Shown piece by piece: positions 18,942 to 29,117 of a stretch of DNA of 64,000 nucleotides. Positions within the stretch are counted from its first letter, which is position 1, and each line of letters starts with the position of its first letter. The stretch is from assembly GCA_963775255.1 (NCBI GenBank), contig CAVZIA010000008.1:1-64000 (forward strand). The letters run 5' to 3'. The notes under the pieces were generated by a model. It ran no database searches. It was given only the letters and a program-made list of their open reading frames with translations, and had not been told where the DNA came from. The position numbers and the translations under genes were made by a program. The stretch comes from an uncultured Thermoleophilia bacterium (GTDB taxonomy: Bacteria; Actinomycetota; Thermoleophilia; UBA2241).

Positions 18942-19388
18942 GTGAGCTTCGACACAGCCCAGGTCTCGGCCGAGCTCTCTGCTCGCGGCCTCCGCCTCAC
19001 CCGCCAGCGGCGCGCCGTGCTCGACGCCATCGCCGCGGCCCCGTCGAGCCTCAGCGCGCTGCAGGTGTACGACGCGGCGCGGGAGCGGTGCCCGGAGCTC
19101 GGCCTTACGACCGTCTACCGCACCCTGGAGGTACTCGCCGAGATCGGCGCGCTGCGCCGCGTCCACAGCGTCGACCACTGCGAGAGCTTCGTGCCGGCGA
19201 GCGCGACGCACGGCCACACCGTGGTCTGCCTCGGGTGCGGCCGCGTGACCGAGTTCACCGCCTGCGACATGCGCGGCATCGCCGACGCGGCGGCGCTCGA
19301 GACCGGCTACCGCATCACCGACCACTTCCTCGAGCTCAGCGGCCTGTGCGCCCGCTGCGCGGCCGCCGGCCGCAAGGCGGGCGCATGA
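18942..19388 (+). CDS. zur: Fur-family zinc uptake regulator
   Basis: Fur-family winged helix ('[14 protein letters not shown]...LSALQVYD') and Cys-rich C-terminus ('CLGCGRV...CARC'). Lies directly upstream of znuACB and behind a Zur box. GTG start. Confidence 0.8.
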   Translation: MSFDTAQVSAELSARGLRLTRQRRAVLDAIAAAPSSLSALQVYDAARERCPELGLTTVYRTLEVLAEIGALRRVHSVDHCESFVPASATHGHTVVCLGCGRVTEFTACDMRGIADAAALETGYRITDHFLELSGLCARCAAAGRKAGA

Positions 19389-20316
19389 GGCGGCGTGGCT
19401 GGTCGCTGCTCCTGCTCGCCGCCCTGCTGGCGCTCGCCGCATTGCTGGGCGCCGGCTGCGGCGCCGCCGGAGAAGGCGCCTCCACCGGCGCCCTCGACGT
19501 CGTCGCCTCCACGTCGTTCCTCTCCGACATCGCACAGAACGTCGCCGGCGACCGCTTTCAGGTGCAGTCGCTCATCCCGGTCGGGACCGACCCTCACGCG
19601 TTCGAGCCGACTCCGTCGGACCTGAAGAAGGTCGCCGGCGCCGACCTCGTCGTCGTCAACGGCGCCGGCCTCGAAGGCACGCTGCTCACCACTCTCCAGA
19701 ACGCCGTCGGTGACACGCCCATCGTCGACGCGTCCGCCGGACTGTCGACGCGCACGCCCCAGCCCGGCGAGCCCGAGCTAGCCTCCGGAGAGAAGGACCC
19801 CCACTTCTGGCTCGACCCTGTGCTGGCGAAGACCTACGTCGCCAACATCGAGCAGGCGTTCAGCGAGGCCGACCCCTCGGGGGCGGTGACGTACAAGGCC
19901 AACGCCGCCGCCTACGACAAGAAGCTGGACGCGCTCGACGCGTGGACCGGGCGGCAGGTCGCGCAGATCCCGCAGGCCGACCGCAAGCTCGTCACCGACC
20001 ACGCCAGCATGGGCTACTTCGCCGACCGTTACGGCTTCACGGTGGTCGGCACCGTGATCCCGAGCGCGAGCACCGGTGAGACACCCACCGCCAGACAGCT
20101 GGCCGACCTCACCCAGACGATCCGCGAGACAGGCGCCAGAGCGATCTTCGTGGACTCCTCCGAAAACCCGCAGCTGGCCGAGCAGATCGGCAACGAGACG
20201 GGAGTCAAGGTGGTCACCGACCTGCTGGACCACTCCCTGACCGCCCCGGACGGCGCCGCGCCGACCTACGTCGACATGCTCAAGTACGACGTGCGGCAGG
20301 TCGTGGAGGCGCTCAA

Positions 20317-20320
<4 letters not shown>
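19385..20320 (+). CDS. znuA: Zinc ABC transporter substrate-binding lipoprotein
   Basis: Signal peptide with lipobox 'LLGAGCG'. Family-9 SBP motifs 'DPHAFEPTPSD' and 'DPHFWLDP'. ATGA overlap with the zur stop. Confidence 0.8.
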
Positions 20321-21149
<829 letters not shown>

Positions 21150-21153
<4 letters not shown>

Positions 21154-21998
21154 TCACCTGGCTCACCGACCCGTTCACGCTCCAGTTCATGCAGCGTGCG
21201 CTCGTCGCCTCTCTCATCGTCGGAGTGCTCTGTTCCGTCATCGGCACCTTCGTCGTGCTGCGCGCCATGGCGTTCCTGGGCGACGCCCTCGCCCACGCGA
21301 TCCTCCCCGGCGTCGCCGTCGCCTACCTGGTGGGCGCCAACCTGTTGCTCGGAGCGCTCGTCGCCGCCGTGCTCGTCGCCGTCGGCATCGGGATCTTCTC
21401 CCGCCGGGGCGGCGTCAAGGAGGACACCGCCATCGGCATCCTCTTCGCCGCCGCGCTCGCCCTCGGCGTCCTGCTCATGAGCACCGTGCGGTCCTACGCC
21501 ACCGACCTGACGCACATCCTGTTCGGCAACGTCCTGGGGGTCAGCACGAGCGACCTGTGGCTCACCGGCGCCCTGGCGGTGATCGTGCTCACCGTGCTCA
21601 TCCTCTTCTTCAAGGAGTTCCAGCTCGCGTCGTTCGACCCCGTGCTGGCGCACATGCTCGGCAAGAAGCCCGAGGCACTGCGCTTCGCCATGCTGATCCT
21701 GCTGGCCCTCACGATCGTGGTCGGGCTGCAGACGGTGGGGGTAGGGCTGGTCGCCGCCATGCTGGTCACCCCGGCGGCGACCGCGTACCTGCTGACGCGC
21801 CGGTTGTCGTCGATGATGGTCGTCTCCGCCGTCATCGGCGCCCTCTCCAGCGTCTCCGGACTGTACGCGAGCTACTACCTGGACGTGGCGTCCGGGGCGG
21901 CGGTCGTGCTCATCGCCACCGCCCTCTTCCTCCTCGCGTACGTCTTCGCTCCGCGTCGCGGCCTGGTCGCCCGCAGAGCGATGCGGCGCACCGCCTGA
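21150..21998 (+). CDS. znuB: Zinc ABC transporter permease
   Basis: Polytopic membrane protein following znuC with an ATGA overlap, ABC-3 family pattern. Confidence 0.85.
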
Positions 21999-22083
21999 GC
22001 CGCTCGGGATCCGGCTCCGCCGTTTCAGGGCCGCCCCCCCTGTGAAATAGTCGGAGCAGCACACCACCACGAGGAGGGACACG

Positions 22084-22563
22084 ATGCCGACCACGCTCGT
22101 CCTGGGCTACGACGGATCCGACACCGGCAAGAAGGCGCTCGCGCGGGTCGCCGAACTCGCCAGGCACCTCGACGACGGCGAGGTGTTCGTCGTCAGCGCG
22201 TTCGAGTTCACCATCGGCTACGTCCCGATGGGCATGACCGACTCGCCCATCATGATCACCGCCGAGTACGACCAGCACGTGGACCTCGTGCGCGCCGCGT
22301 GCGACCAGCAGGTCGCCGAGGCCGTGAAGGACCTCGAGGCCACCGGCGTCAAGGCCTCCGGAGAGGCGCGCGAGGGCAGGCCGGTGGACGTGCTGCTCGA
22401 GGCCGCACGCGAGAAGCGGGCCACCGCCATCGTCGTCGGCAGTCACGGAGAGGGCGCCGTGTCGGCGGCGTTCCTCGGCTCCACTGCGCTCAAGCTGCTG
22501 CACCACAGCGACATCCCCGTGCTCGTGGTGCCCAGGCACGACCAGAAGCCCGACAAGAAGTAG
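22084..22563 (+). CDS. Universal stress protein (UspA family)
   Basis: 'LVLGYDGSDTGKKAL' and 'AIVVGSHGEG...GSTALKLLHHSDIPVLVV' are typical of Usp. Confidence 0.8.
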   Translation: MPTTLVLGYDGSDTGKKALARVAELARHLDDGEVFVVSAFEFTIGYVPMGMTDSPIMITAEYDQHVDLVRAACDQQVAEAVKDLEATGVKASGEAREGRPVDVLLEAAREKRATAIVVGSHGEGAVSAAFLGSTALKLLHHSDIPVLVVPRHDQKPDKK

Positions 22564-22643
22564 TCGCGGGGGCGCCGCGGCCGATATCCCCTCTTGATGC
22601 GCCCTCGAGGGACCACCGTGGGCCGGGCCATCACGACGGAGGA

Positions 22644-22665
22644 GGGGGGGGGGGGGGGGGGGGGG
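22644..22665. repeat. 22-nt poly-G homopolymer tract
   Basis: Read directly: 22 consecutive G between a43 and a66 of line 22621, immediately after the usp gene. Confidence 0.9.
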
Positions 22666-22670
22666 AGGGC

Positions 22671-23055
22671 GGCGTGTTCCTCGACACCAAGGGCGGCGTG
22701 AGCATCGGCGACGCCGCCTGCCTCACCGAGTGGGTCGCGGTCTCACGCACAGCCACAGCGAGTCCGACCATGCGGCCGGTCCTAGCGCCGGTCGACATCC
22801 GGCCTACGCCAAGATCTACAGCGACGCCATCATCTGCCCGGAGTGACCGTGGGCGAGGAGGGGATCGTCGCGGCGCGCTCGCTGGTCACGCGCGACGGCC
22901 GCCGGAGAAGTGGTCGGCGGCATCCCCGCCGCTCCATCCGCGAAGGCCGCGGCGCGAGCCGGCACGGCCAGGAACCCGACCACATCCGGCTCGCGGACGT
23001 CGCGTTCCAGCGTGAGCGCGCCGGCCGCGGACGGCTCCTCGCCGCCGTGGTCTGA
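22671..23055 (+). pseudogene. Remnant of a hexapeptide-repeat (LbH) acetyltransferase
   Basis: Fragments 'VFLDTKGGVSIGDAACLTEWVAV', 'AYAKIYSDAIICPE' and 'VTVGEEGIVAARSLVTRD' lie in different frames. They resemble the C-terminal part of sugar O-acetyltransferases. Confidence 0.3.
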
Positions 23056-23130
23056 GCCGGACGTCTTGGCCGCCGTCCGCGGACCGGCGTCTGGGGCCGC
23101 GAAGCGCCCCAGAGAGACCGGAGACGAGCC

Positions 23131-23580
23131 GTGGAGCCCCTCATCCCGAAGCTCGACTTCGTCGCCCGTACAGTCCGACCGACGCCGAGCGCTCGCGATC
23201 GTTCTACGTCGGCACGCTCGGCCTGCGCCCCGACGACGAAGGGCCACTACGAGTTCTGCCCAGGTGGGCCACGGCATACTGCTTGGGACGCCCTGGGAGC
23301 CGGGAGAGAACCACGAGAAGCAAGGTCGGCCGGCAGATCGTCGCGCGCAGACGGACACCGCGCACCTCGCGCTGCACGTCGAAGGGACATCACGGCGGCC
23401 AGGGGCCGGAACGATCGAGCAGAAGGGCGTTCGCCTTCTTCGGCGAGACCTGCGTACACGACACCGGTGGTGTGCGTACAGATGGAGCGTTCTTCGCCGA
23501 CCCGGACGGCAACTCGCTCAGGTACGAGTCGTCAAGCAGAGCCCGCGACAGCCGGACGGCGGCGATCGTCGCCGGAGCTT
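23131..23580 (+). pseudogene. Frameshifted VOC / glyoxalase-family gene, copy A
   Basis: Begins 'VEPLIPKLDFVA...', ends '...FFADPDGNSL'. About 80% nucleotide identity to copy B over the 5' part, with multiple frame breaks. Confidence 0.45.
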
Positions 23581-24336
23581 GATGCAGGTGTTCTTCCGCG
23601 GCGGTGGGTGGGCCACCACAGACCGCCACCGAAGTCGCCGCTCAAGCCGCGGGCGAAGCATCGTCGAAGTTGAGCCGCGCAATAACGCGGTCCGCATGTC
23701 CTCTGTGATCCGCGAGCCGCGCTCGAACGCGAGGACCATCGCCGTCATGTCGTTTGTGGCACGGCGGCTTGTCCAGCCGTCGGCCGAATCGATGCGACAC
23801 GTCTCGTGCGGCTCGGACCATTCCGGCGTAGACCTACGAACCGGGGCGGTGGCGCATCCTCGACCATCTCGTCTCTCCGCCGGCGCCGGAGTCGGCAGTC
23901 TTGCTGGTGCTGATCACCTTGCGGTAGCCCAAGCCGTACTGCTCCTGGTAGAAGCGCGGGCGAGGCGTCGCGGCGGCGTCGGCGCGGGCGTCGGTGCCTC
24001 GAGCATCGTCGGGAGACCATGAAGCCGGGGACGCGGCGTCTGCTCCGCGGGGGCCGGCCTGCTGCCGCAGGGCTCGGCGCGGAAGCCGCCGGTGTACCGC
24101 CGCATCCGTACGCCGGTCTGCAGGCACGCCGCGAGCGCGGTCGCGCCGAGCAGGTCGGGATGAACGGCGACTGCGAGCCGTGATGAGCGCTTTCGCAACG
24201 GCAACGGACCTCCCCGGTCGGCCTGGGGTGGCCATGCTAGTGCCGCTCGGGCGCGTAACTCGCAGCTGCCAGTACGAAGAAGCGCGGGCGTCGGCATTGC
24301 TCTTCTCACTCCTCCCAGATCAAGGAGGCCGCGGTC

Positions 24337-24702
24337 GTGGAACCCCTGATCCAGAAGCTCGACTCGTCGCCGTACCGTCCCAGACGCCGAGCGCTCGCGC
24401 GCGTTCTACGTCGACACGCTCGGCCTGCGCCCCGACGACAAGGGGCACTTCGAGTTCTGGGTGGGCCAACGTGCTGTCGCCATCTGGGAGCCCGAGAAGA
24501 CGGGAAGGCAGTTTTCCCCGCAGACCACCGCGCACCTGGCGCTGCACGTCGACGACATCACCGCGGCCCGGGCGGAACTCGAGGCCATGGCGTCATCTTC
24601 TTCGGCGAGACCTACGACACCGGGGTGTGCTTCATGGCGTTCTTCGCCGACCCGGACGGCAACTCGCTGATGCTGCACCACCGCTACAAGCCGCGCGCCT
24701 GA
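24337..24702 (+). pseudogene. Frameshifted VOC / glyoxalase-family gene, copy B
   Basis: AAGGAGG then GTG 'VEPLIQKLD'. The downstream frames read '...DAERSRAFYVDTLGLRPDDKGHFEFWVGQRAVAIWEPEKTGRQFSPQTTAHLALHVDDITAARAELEAM' and 'VIFFGETYDTGVCFMAFFADPDGNSLMLHHRYKPRA'. About two single-nt indels would restore a ~125-aa VOC protein. Confidence 0.55.
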
Positions 24703-25764
24703 GCGACGGGCGCGCGCGCTCGAGCGCGGGCGGGCCGGCTCCGGCGGCCGCGCATGCCGGAACGCCGGAGCGGCGGGCCGGGAGCTCTTCCGGCTCCCGG
24801 CCCGCCGCTTCTGTGTCCTCGGCCCTCGCGGCCGGTCTACCCGCTGCTGCGGCTGCTGCGCCGGCGCCGCCGGCTTGACCGGGACCGGCGTGATCCCCGC
24901 CATGTCGCCGATCACGTTGACGAGCTCGCCGCCGGCCGGCACCACGATCTTGGCGTTCTGCCAGAACGCCTTCTCCACCGTCTCGAGCTTGCGCAGCACC
25001 TGCGCGTTGCCGATGAAGTACTGCTCTGCCGCCTCGTTGACCACACGGATGGCCTCGGCCTCGCCTTCCGCCTGGAGGATCTTGGCCTGCTTGACGCCCT
25101 CCGCCTGCTTGATGGCGGCGCGCCGCTCGCCGTCCGCCTGCGTCTCGCGCGCGGTGGCGTAGTCGACCGCCGAGATCTTCTCGTTCTCGGCCTTGACGAC
25201 CTTGTTCATGGTCTCCTGCACGTCCGCCGGCGGGTCGATCTCCTTGAGCTCGGTGCGCAGGATCTCGAGGCCCCAGTTGGCAGTCTCGGTGCGCAGCGTG
25301 GTGCGCAGTTCCTCGTTGATGCGCCCGCGTTCGCTGTTTGCCGACTTCAGGCTCAGCGTGCCGATGATGTTACGCAGCGTGGTGCGCGCCAGCTGCACGA
25401 TCTGGATCTGGTAGTTGGCGACGTTGTACTGCGACGCCTTGACGCTCTCCTCGTCGTCCTTGACCTTCAGGTAGACCTGAGCGTCGACGCGTGCGTTGAG
25501 GTTGTCGTTGGTGATGATCGTCTGGGGCGTGGCGTCGACCAGGGTCTCACGGATATCGACCTGGTACATGCGCTCGACACCGAACGGGATGGTGAGGTGG
25601 ATGCCCGGCTCGCAGAACCGGCTGTACTTACCCAGCCGTTCGACGAGTCCGCGGTGCGTCGGCCGGACGATGCGGATGCCGGAGAGGATCCCGACGATGA
25701 TCACGAACAGGATGACGACGATGACGATAAGCGCTACCCACCCCATGTTGACCCCTTTCCGCAC
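24406..25764 (-). CDS. SPFH / band-7 (stomatin-prohibitin-like) membrane protein, with a possibly over-extended C-terminus
   Basis: N-terminal TM segment 'WVALIVIVVILFVIIVGIL', SPFH core 'IVRPTHRGLVERLGK...DIRETLVD...TNDNLNARVDAQVYLKV' and a coiled-coil Ala/Glu-rich region. The ORF lacks a stop until 24406 and runs antisense through the VOC pseudogene and a palindromic hairpin. The real end may be near 24810-24850. Confidence 0.65.
   Translation of the reverse strand: MRKGVNMGWVALIVIVVILFVIIVGILSGIRIVRPTHRGLVERLGKYSRFCEPGIHLTIPFGVERMYQVDIRETLVDATPQTIITNDNLNARVDAQVYLKVKDDEESVKASQYNVANYQIQIVQLARTTLRNIIGTLSLKSANSERGRINEELRTTLRTETANWGLEILRTELKEIDPPADVQETMNKVVKAENEKISAVDYATARETQADGERRAAIKQAEGVKQAKILQAEGEAEAIRVVNEAAEQYFIGNAQVLRKLETVEKAFWQNAKIVVPAGGELVNVIGDMAGITPVPVKPAAPAQQPQQRVDRPRGPRTQKRRAGSRKSSRPAAPAFRHARPPEPARPRSSARARRSGARLVAVVQHQRVAVRVGEERHEAHPGVVGLAEEDDAMASSSARAAVMSSTCSARCAVVCGENCLPVFSGSQMATARWPTQNSKCPLSSGRRPSVST
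24773..24803. terminator. Palindromic hairpin CGGGCCGGGAGC-tctt-ccg-GCTCCCGGCCCG
   Basis: 12-bp perfect stem, 70 nt after the VOC copy-B stop. It lies inside the annotated C-terminal tail of the convergent SPFH ORF. Confidence 0.35.
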
Positions 25765-25882
25765 GCACGGAGAGCGACCGGATGCCGCGCACGCGCACGA
25801 TGAAGTTCACAGCTTCGATGATAGGGCCTGCGGGCCGAAAGACAAGAGCATCGCGAGACCGCCTGAGACATCCCGGCCGAGC

Positions 25883-26665
25883 CTACAGGCCGAGGAGCGC
25901 GGGCACGTCGACGATCGAGTCGACGATGACATCGGGCGTGCCCGAGGCACGGGCCAGCTGATCTTCGCGGAACTTGCCCGTGCGCACCAGCACACCTGTG
26001 ACCCCGACCGCCTGGGCGGCGAGGACGTCGTTCTCCACGTCGTCGCCGACCATGGCCACCCGGCCCGCGAGCAGATCGAGCGCGTCGAGGCCGGCGCGGA
26101 ACGCGCCGGCCGCCGGCTTGCCGAGCACGATGGCCTCGAGACCGGTGGCGGCCTCGAGGCCCAGCAGGTAGGCCCCGGCGTCCAGTCGCTGGCCCCGCCG
26201 GGTCATCCACATCAGGTTGCGGTGCATGGCGACGAGTTCGGCTCCTCCGTGCAGCAAGCCCAGCACCGTGTTGAAGGTCTCGAAGCGGAACGACTCGTCG
26301 GCGCCGGACACCAGCACCACGTCCGGCGCCTCGTCCGCCGCCACGAGCTCCACGCCGTGGAGGTCCTCCGCCTGCGCGTCGCCCATGAGGAACACCCGGG
26401 CACCGGCACGCTCCGCCCGCAGCCACCTCGCGGCGAGCACCGCCGCGGTGAGGATCTCGTCGTCCGCGAAGGGGAACCCGAACTCCCGCAGCACCGTACC
26501 GAACCTCGGCTGCGGGAACGCGGTGGTGTTGGTGATGACGCGCATGGGCACGCCGGCGGTGTACAGGCGCGTCACTGCGTCCGCCGCGCCCGGGAGCGGC
26601 TGCCAGGAGACGCCCAGTACCCCGTCCATGTCGAGCAGCAGGCCGTCGATGTGGTCGAGCTTCAT
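25883..26665 (-). CDS. HAD-superfamily hydrolase (subfamily IIA-like)
   Basis: 'LLDMDGVL' motif I, 'VITNT' motif II, 'GKP' and 'MVGDDVENDV' motifs III/IV. Confidence 0.75.
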   Translation of the reverse strand: MKLDHIDGLLLDMDGVLGVSWQPLPGAADAVTRLYTAGVPMRVITNTTAFPQPRFGTVLREFGFPFADDEILTAAVLAARWLRAERAGARVFLMGDAQAEDLHGVELVAADEAPDVVLVSGADESFRFETFNTVLGLLHGGAELVAMHRNLMWMTRRGQRLDAGAYLLGLEAATGLEAIVLGKPAAGAFRAGLDALDLLAGRVAMVGDDVENDVLAAQAVGVTGVLVRTGKFREDQLARASGTPDVIVDSIVDVPALLGL

Positions 26666-26795
26666 GCCCCGACCCTAGCTCACGGCGTCGCGGTCCCGCC
26701 ACCGCCCCGCCCCTCGCCGTCGCCCGCCCTCGACCGTCGCCGTGGCGGGCTAGACTCGGTCGATCCGTATCGTCCGCTCGCGCGGGGAGCCATCA

Positions 26796-27671
26796 TGACC
26801 GGCGACGCGCGTCACCTCTCCATCGGCAAGTTCTCGCACCTGACGGCATCTCGGCGAACACGTTACGCCGCTACGACCGCCTCGGGCTGCTCTCGCCGCC
26901 GTCACGGACCCGTACACGTCGTACCGGCTGTACGACGTCGAGCAACTCGACACGGGCATCCTCGTCCGGCTGCTGCGCGACCTCGACGTGCCGCTCGAGG
27001 AGGTCCGCCGACTCGTGGCTTCGCCGGCCGGCGCGGACCTGGAGGAGGTCCTCCTCGAACACCGTGAGAGCATCGTCGCCCGGCGCGACGAGCTCGAGCG
27101 CATCGTCGGCCGCATCGACACCGTACTGCACGACCACCGGGGGCTGCTGCCCTACGAGGTCGACCTCGTCGCGCTCAAGCCGGTCTGGGTGGTGAGCCGG
27201 CGCACGGTGAGCTCCCGGGATGGACTGGACGACGTCATCGACAGCTTCCTGACGGAACTCATCGAGGACCTCGCGACGGACGGCGCCGAGCCGCTCGGCC
27301 GCGAGTTCATCCAGTACCACAACGCGCTGCTGTGGTACCAGGGGCTGGACATGGAGGTCTGCCTTCCGGTGGAGCAGAGCGTCGCTCAACGGCATGGCGG
27401 CTGGGAACTGCCTGCGTGCACCGCCCTGCAGACCATGTACCGGGGCCCATGGGCCGACATCTGGCAGGCCTACGCCGCCATGCTGGCGCGCATGTCGCGC
27501 AAAGGCTACGAAGCCTGCGGGCCGGTGCGCGAGACGTACCTGGTGGACGAGCGCGACACCGGCGACCCAGGCAGCTACCTGACGGAGATCACCTGGCCGG
27601 CGACGGCGCGGCGGCACCCCGGAGCCGACGACCCTCTTGACCTTCGCCCCGGGCGAAGGTCCACCCTGTAG
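26796..27671 (+). pseudogene. MerR-family regulator with GyrI-like effector domain, frameshifted in the HTH region
   Basis: The N-terminal 'MTGDARHLSIGKFSHLT...' MerR HTH is interrupted by at least two frame changes (~26848, ~26900). An in-frame continuation 'VPLEEVRRLVASPAGADLEEVLLEHRESIVARRDELERIVGRID' follows, and then a GyrI-like domain. Confidence 0.5.
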
Positions 27672-27706
27672 TCGTCCCTGCCATCCATGGACGAAGGGGG
27701 GTCCAT

Positions 27707-29117
27707 GTGAGCGACGACCTGTGCTACCTGACGGCTGCTGCAGCGCTCGACCTGTACGCGAGGCGCGAACTCTCGCGCGTCGAGCTCATGCGCGCGACCA
27801 TCGACCGGATCGAGGCTGTGGACGGCTCGGTCAACGCCCTGCCCATCCGCTTCTTCGACCGGGCACTGGAACAGGCGCGCTGCGCGGAGGCGCGCTACGC
27901 CGGCCGGGGGCGACGCCCGCGGCCCCTCGAAGGACTGCCGGTGGCCGTCAAGGACGAGGTGGAGGTGGAGGGACAGCCGGCCACCGAGGGCTCGCTGCTC
28001 CTCAAGGACCACGTGGCCGATCACACCGCCGCCTGCGTGCAACGCATCATCGACGCAGGCGGCATCATCCACGCTCGGTCCGCCACACCTGAGTTCAGCT
28101 GCGCGGCGATCACGCACTCGCGGCTGTGGGGCGTCACCCGCAACCCGTGGAACCAGGCCTACAGCCCCGGCGGATCGTCGGGCGGGTCGGGAGCAGCGCT
28201 CGCGGCCGGCATGGCGAGCCTCGCCACCGGCTCGGACATCGGAGGCTCCATCCGCATCCGGCTTCGTTCAGCGGCGTCGTCGGCTTCAAGCCGCCCTACG
28301 GCCGCGTGCCTCAGGACCCGCCCTTCAACCTCGACCACTACTGCCACGACGGCCCGATGGCCCGCACGGTGGAGGACTGCCGCCTGCTCGAGAACGTGAT
28401 GGCGGGGCCGCACCCCAGCGACATCGTCTCGCTGCGGCCCAAGCTCACCATCCCGCTGCGGGCGGCGGCGTCGAGGGCTGGTAGATCGCCGTCAGCGAGG
28501 ACCTCGGCGGCTTCCAGGCGGACGATGAGGTGCGCGCCAACCTCGCCGAGGCGGCGGACGTGTTCCGCTCCCTCGGCGCCACCGTCGAGCCGGCCGGCCT
28601 GCGTCTCGACATGAAGGACGTCCACGACGCCGCGCAGGCCCACTTCGCGACCATCTTCGGCAGCCTGGTCGCGGAGGCTCTGCCCGACCACCGCGACCTC
28701 CTGACGCCCTACGCCATCGCGTTCGCCGACGAGGCGAACGCTCCCAACGTCGGCTACTACCGCTCGCTGGAGATCGAGAGCGAGGTCTACGCCGCCGTCG
28801 CCGCGGTCCTCGACCGCCACCGTCTGCTGATCGCGCCCGTCTTCGGCCTGCCCGCCCTCGCCGCGGAGTACGAGAAGTACGACGACTCCGTGCTGTACAC
28901 GCACGGCATGACGCTCGTCTTCAACATGTGCAGCCGCTGTCCGGTGCTGGTCGTGCCGTGCGGCCGCTCCCGCGACGGCGTGCCGATGGGCATCCAGATC
29001 GCCGGCCGCACCTACGACGACCGCAGCGTCTTCCAGGCGGCCGCCGCTTTCGCGGCGGCCCGTCCCTGGTACGACACGCCCGAACGGCGCCCCGCGCCGG
29101 AGAGGAGCCCGGCATGA
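27707..29117 (+). pseudogene. Amidase (amidase-signature family) disrupted by frameshifts and an in-frame TAG
   Basis: 'GLPVAVKDE', 'GGSSGGSGAALAAGMASLATGSDIGGSIRI' then a frame jump to 'PASFSGVVGFKPPYGRVP' (one C missing near 28260). A second shift near 28455 and an in-frame TAG ('GW*IAVSEDLGG') follow, before '...VPMGIQIAGRTYDD'. Three reading frames are needed to span one protein. Confidence 0.65.

Noticed and set aside
22910-24022. 370-aa + ORF and multiple 60-180-aa ORFs in 22.8-24.3 kb
   Set aside because: They span pseudogene debris in shifting frames. No single frame carries a recognisable domain over more than ~40 aa.
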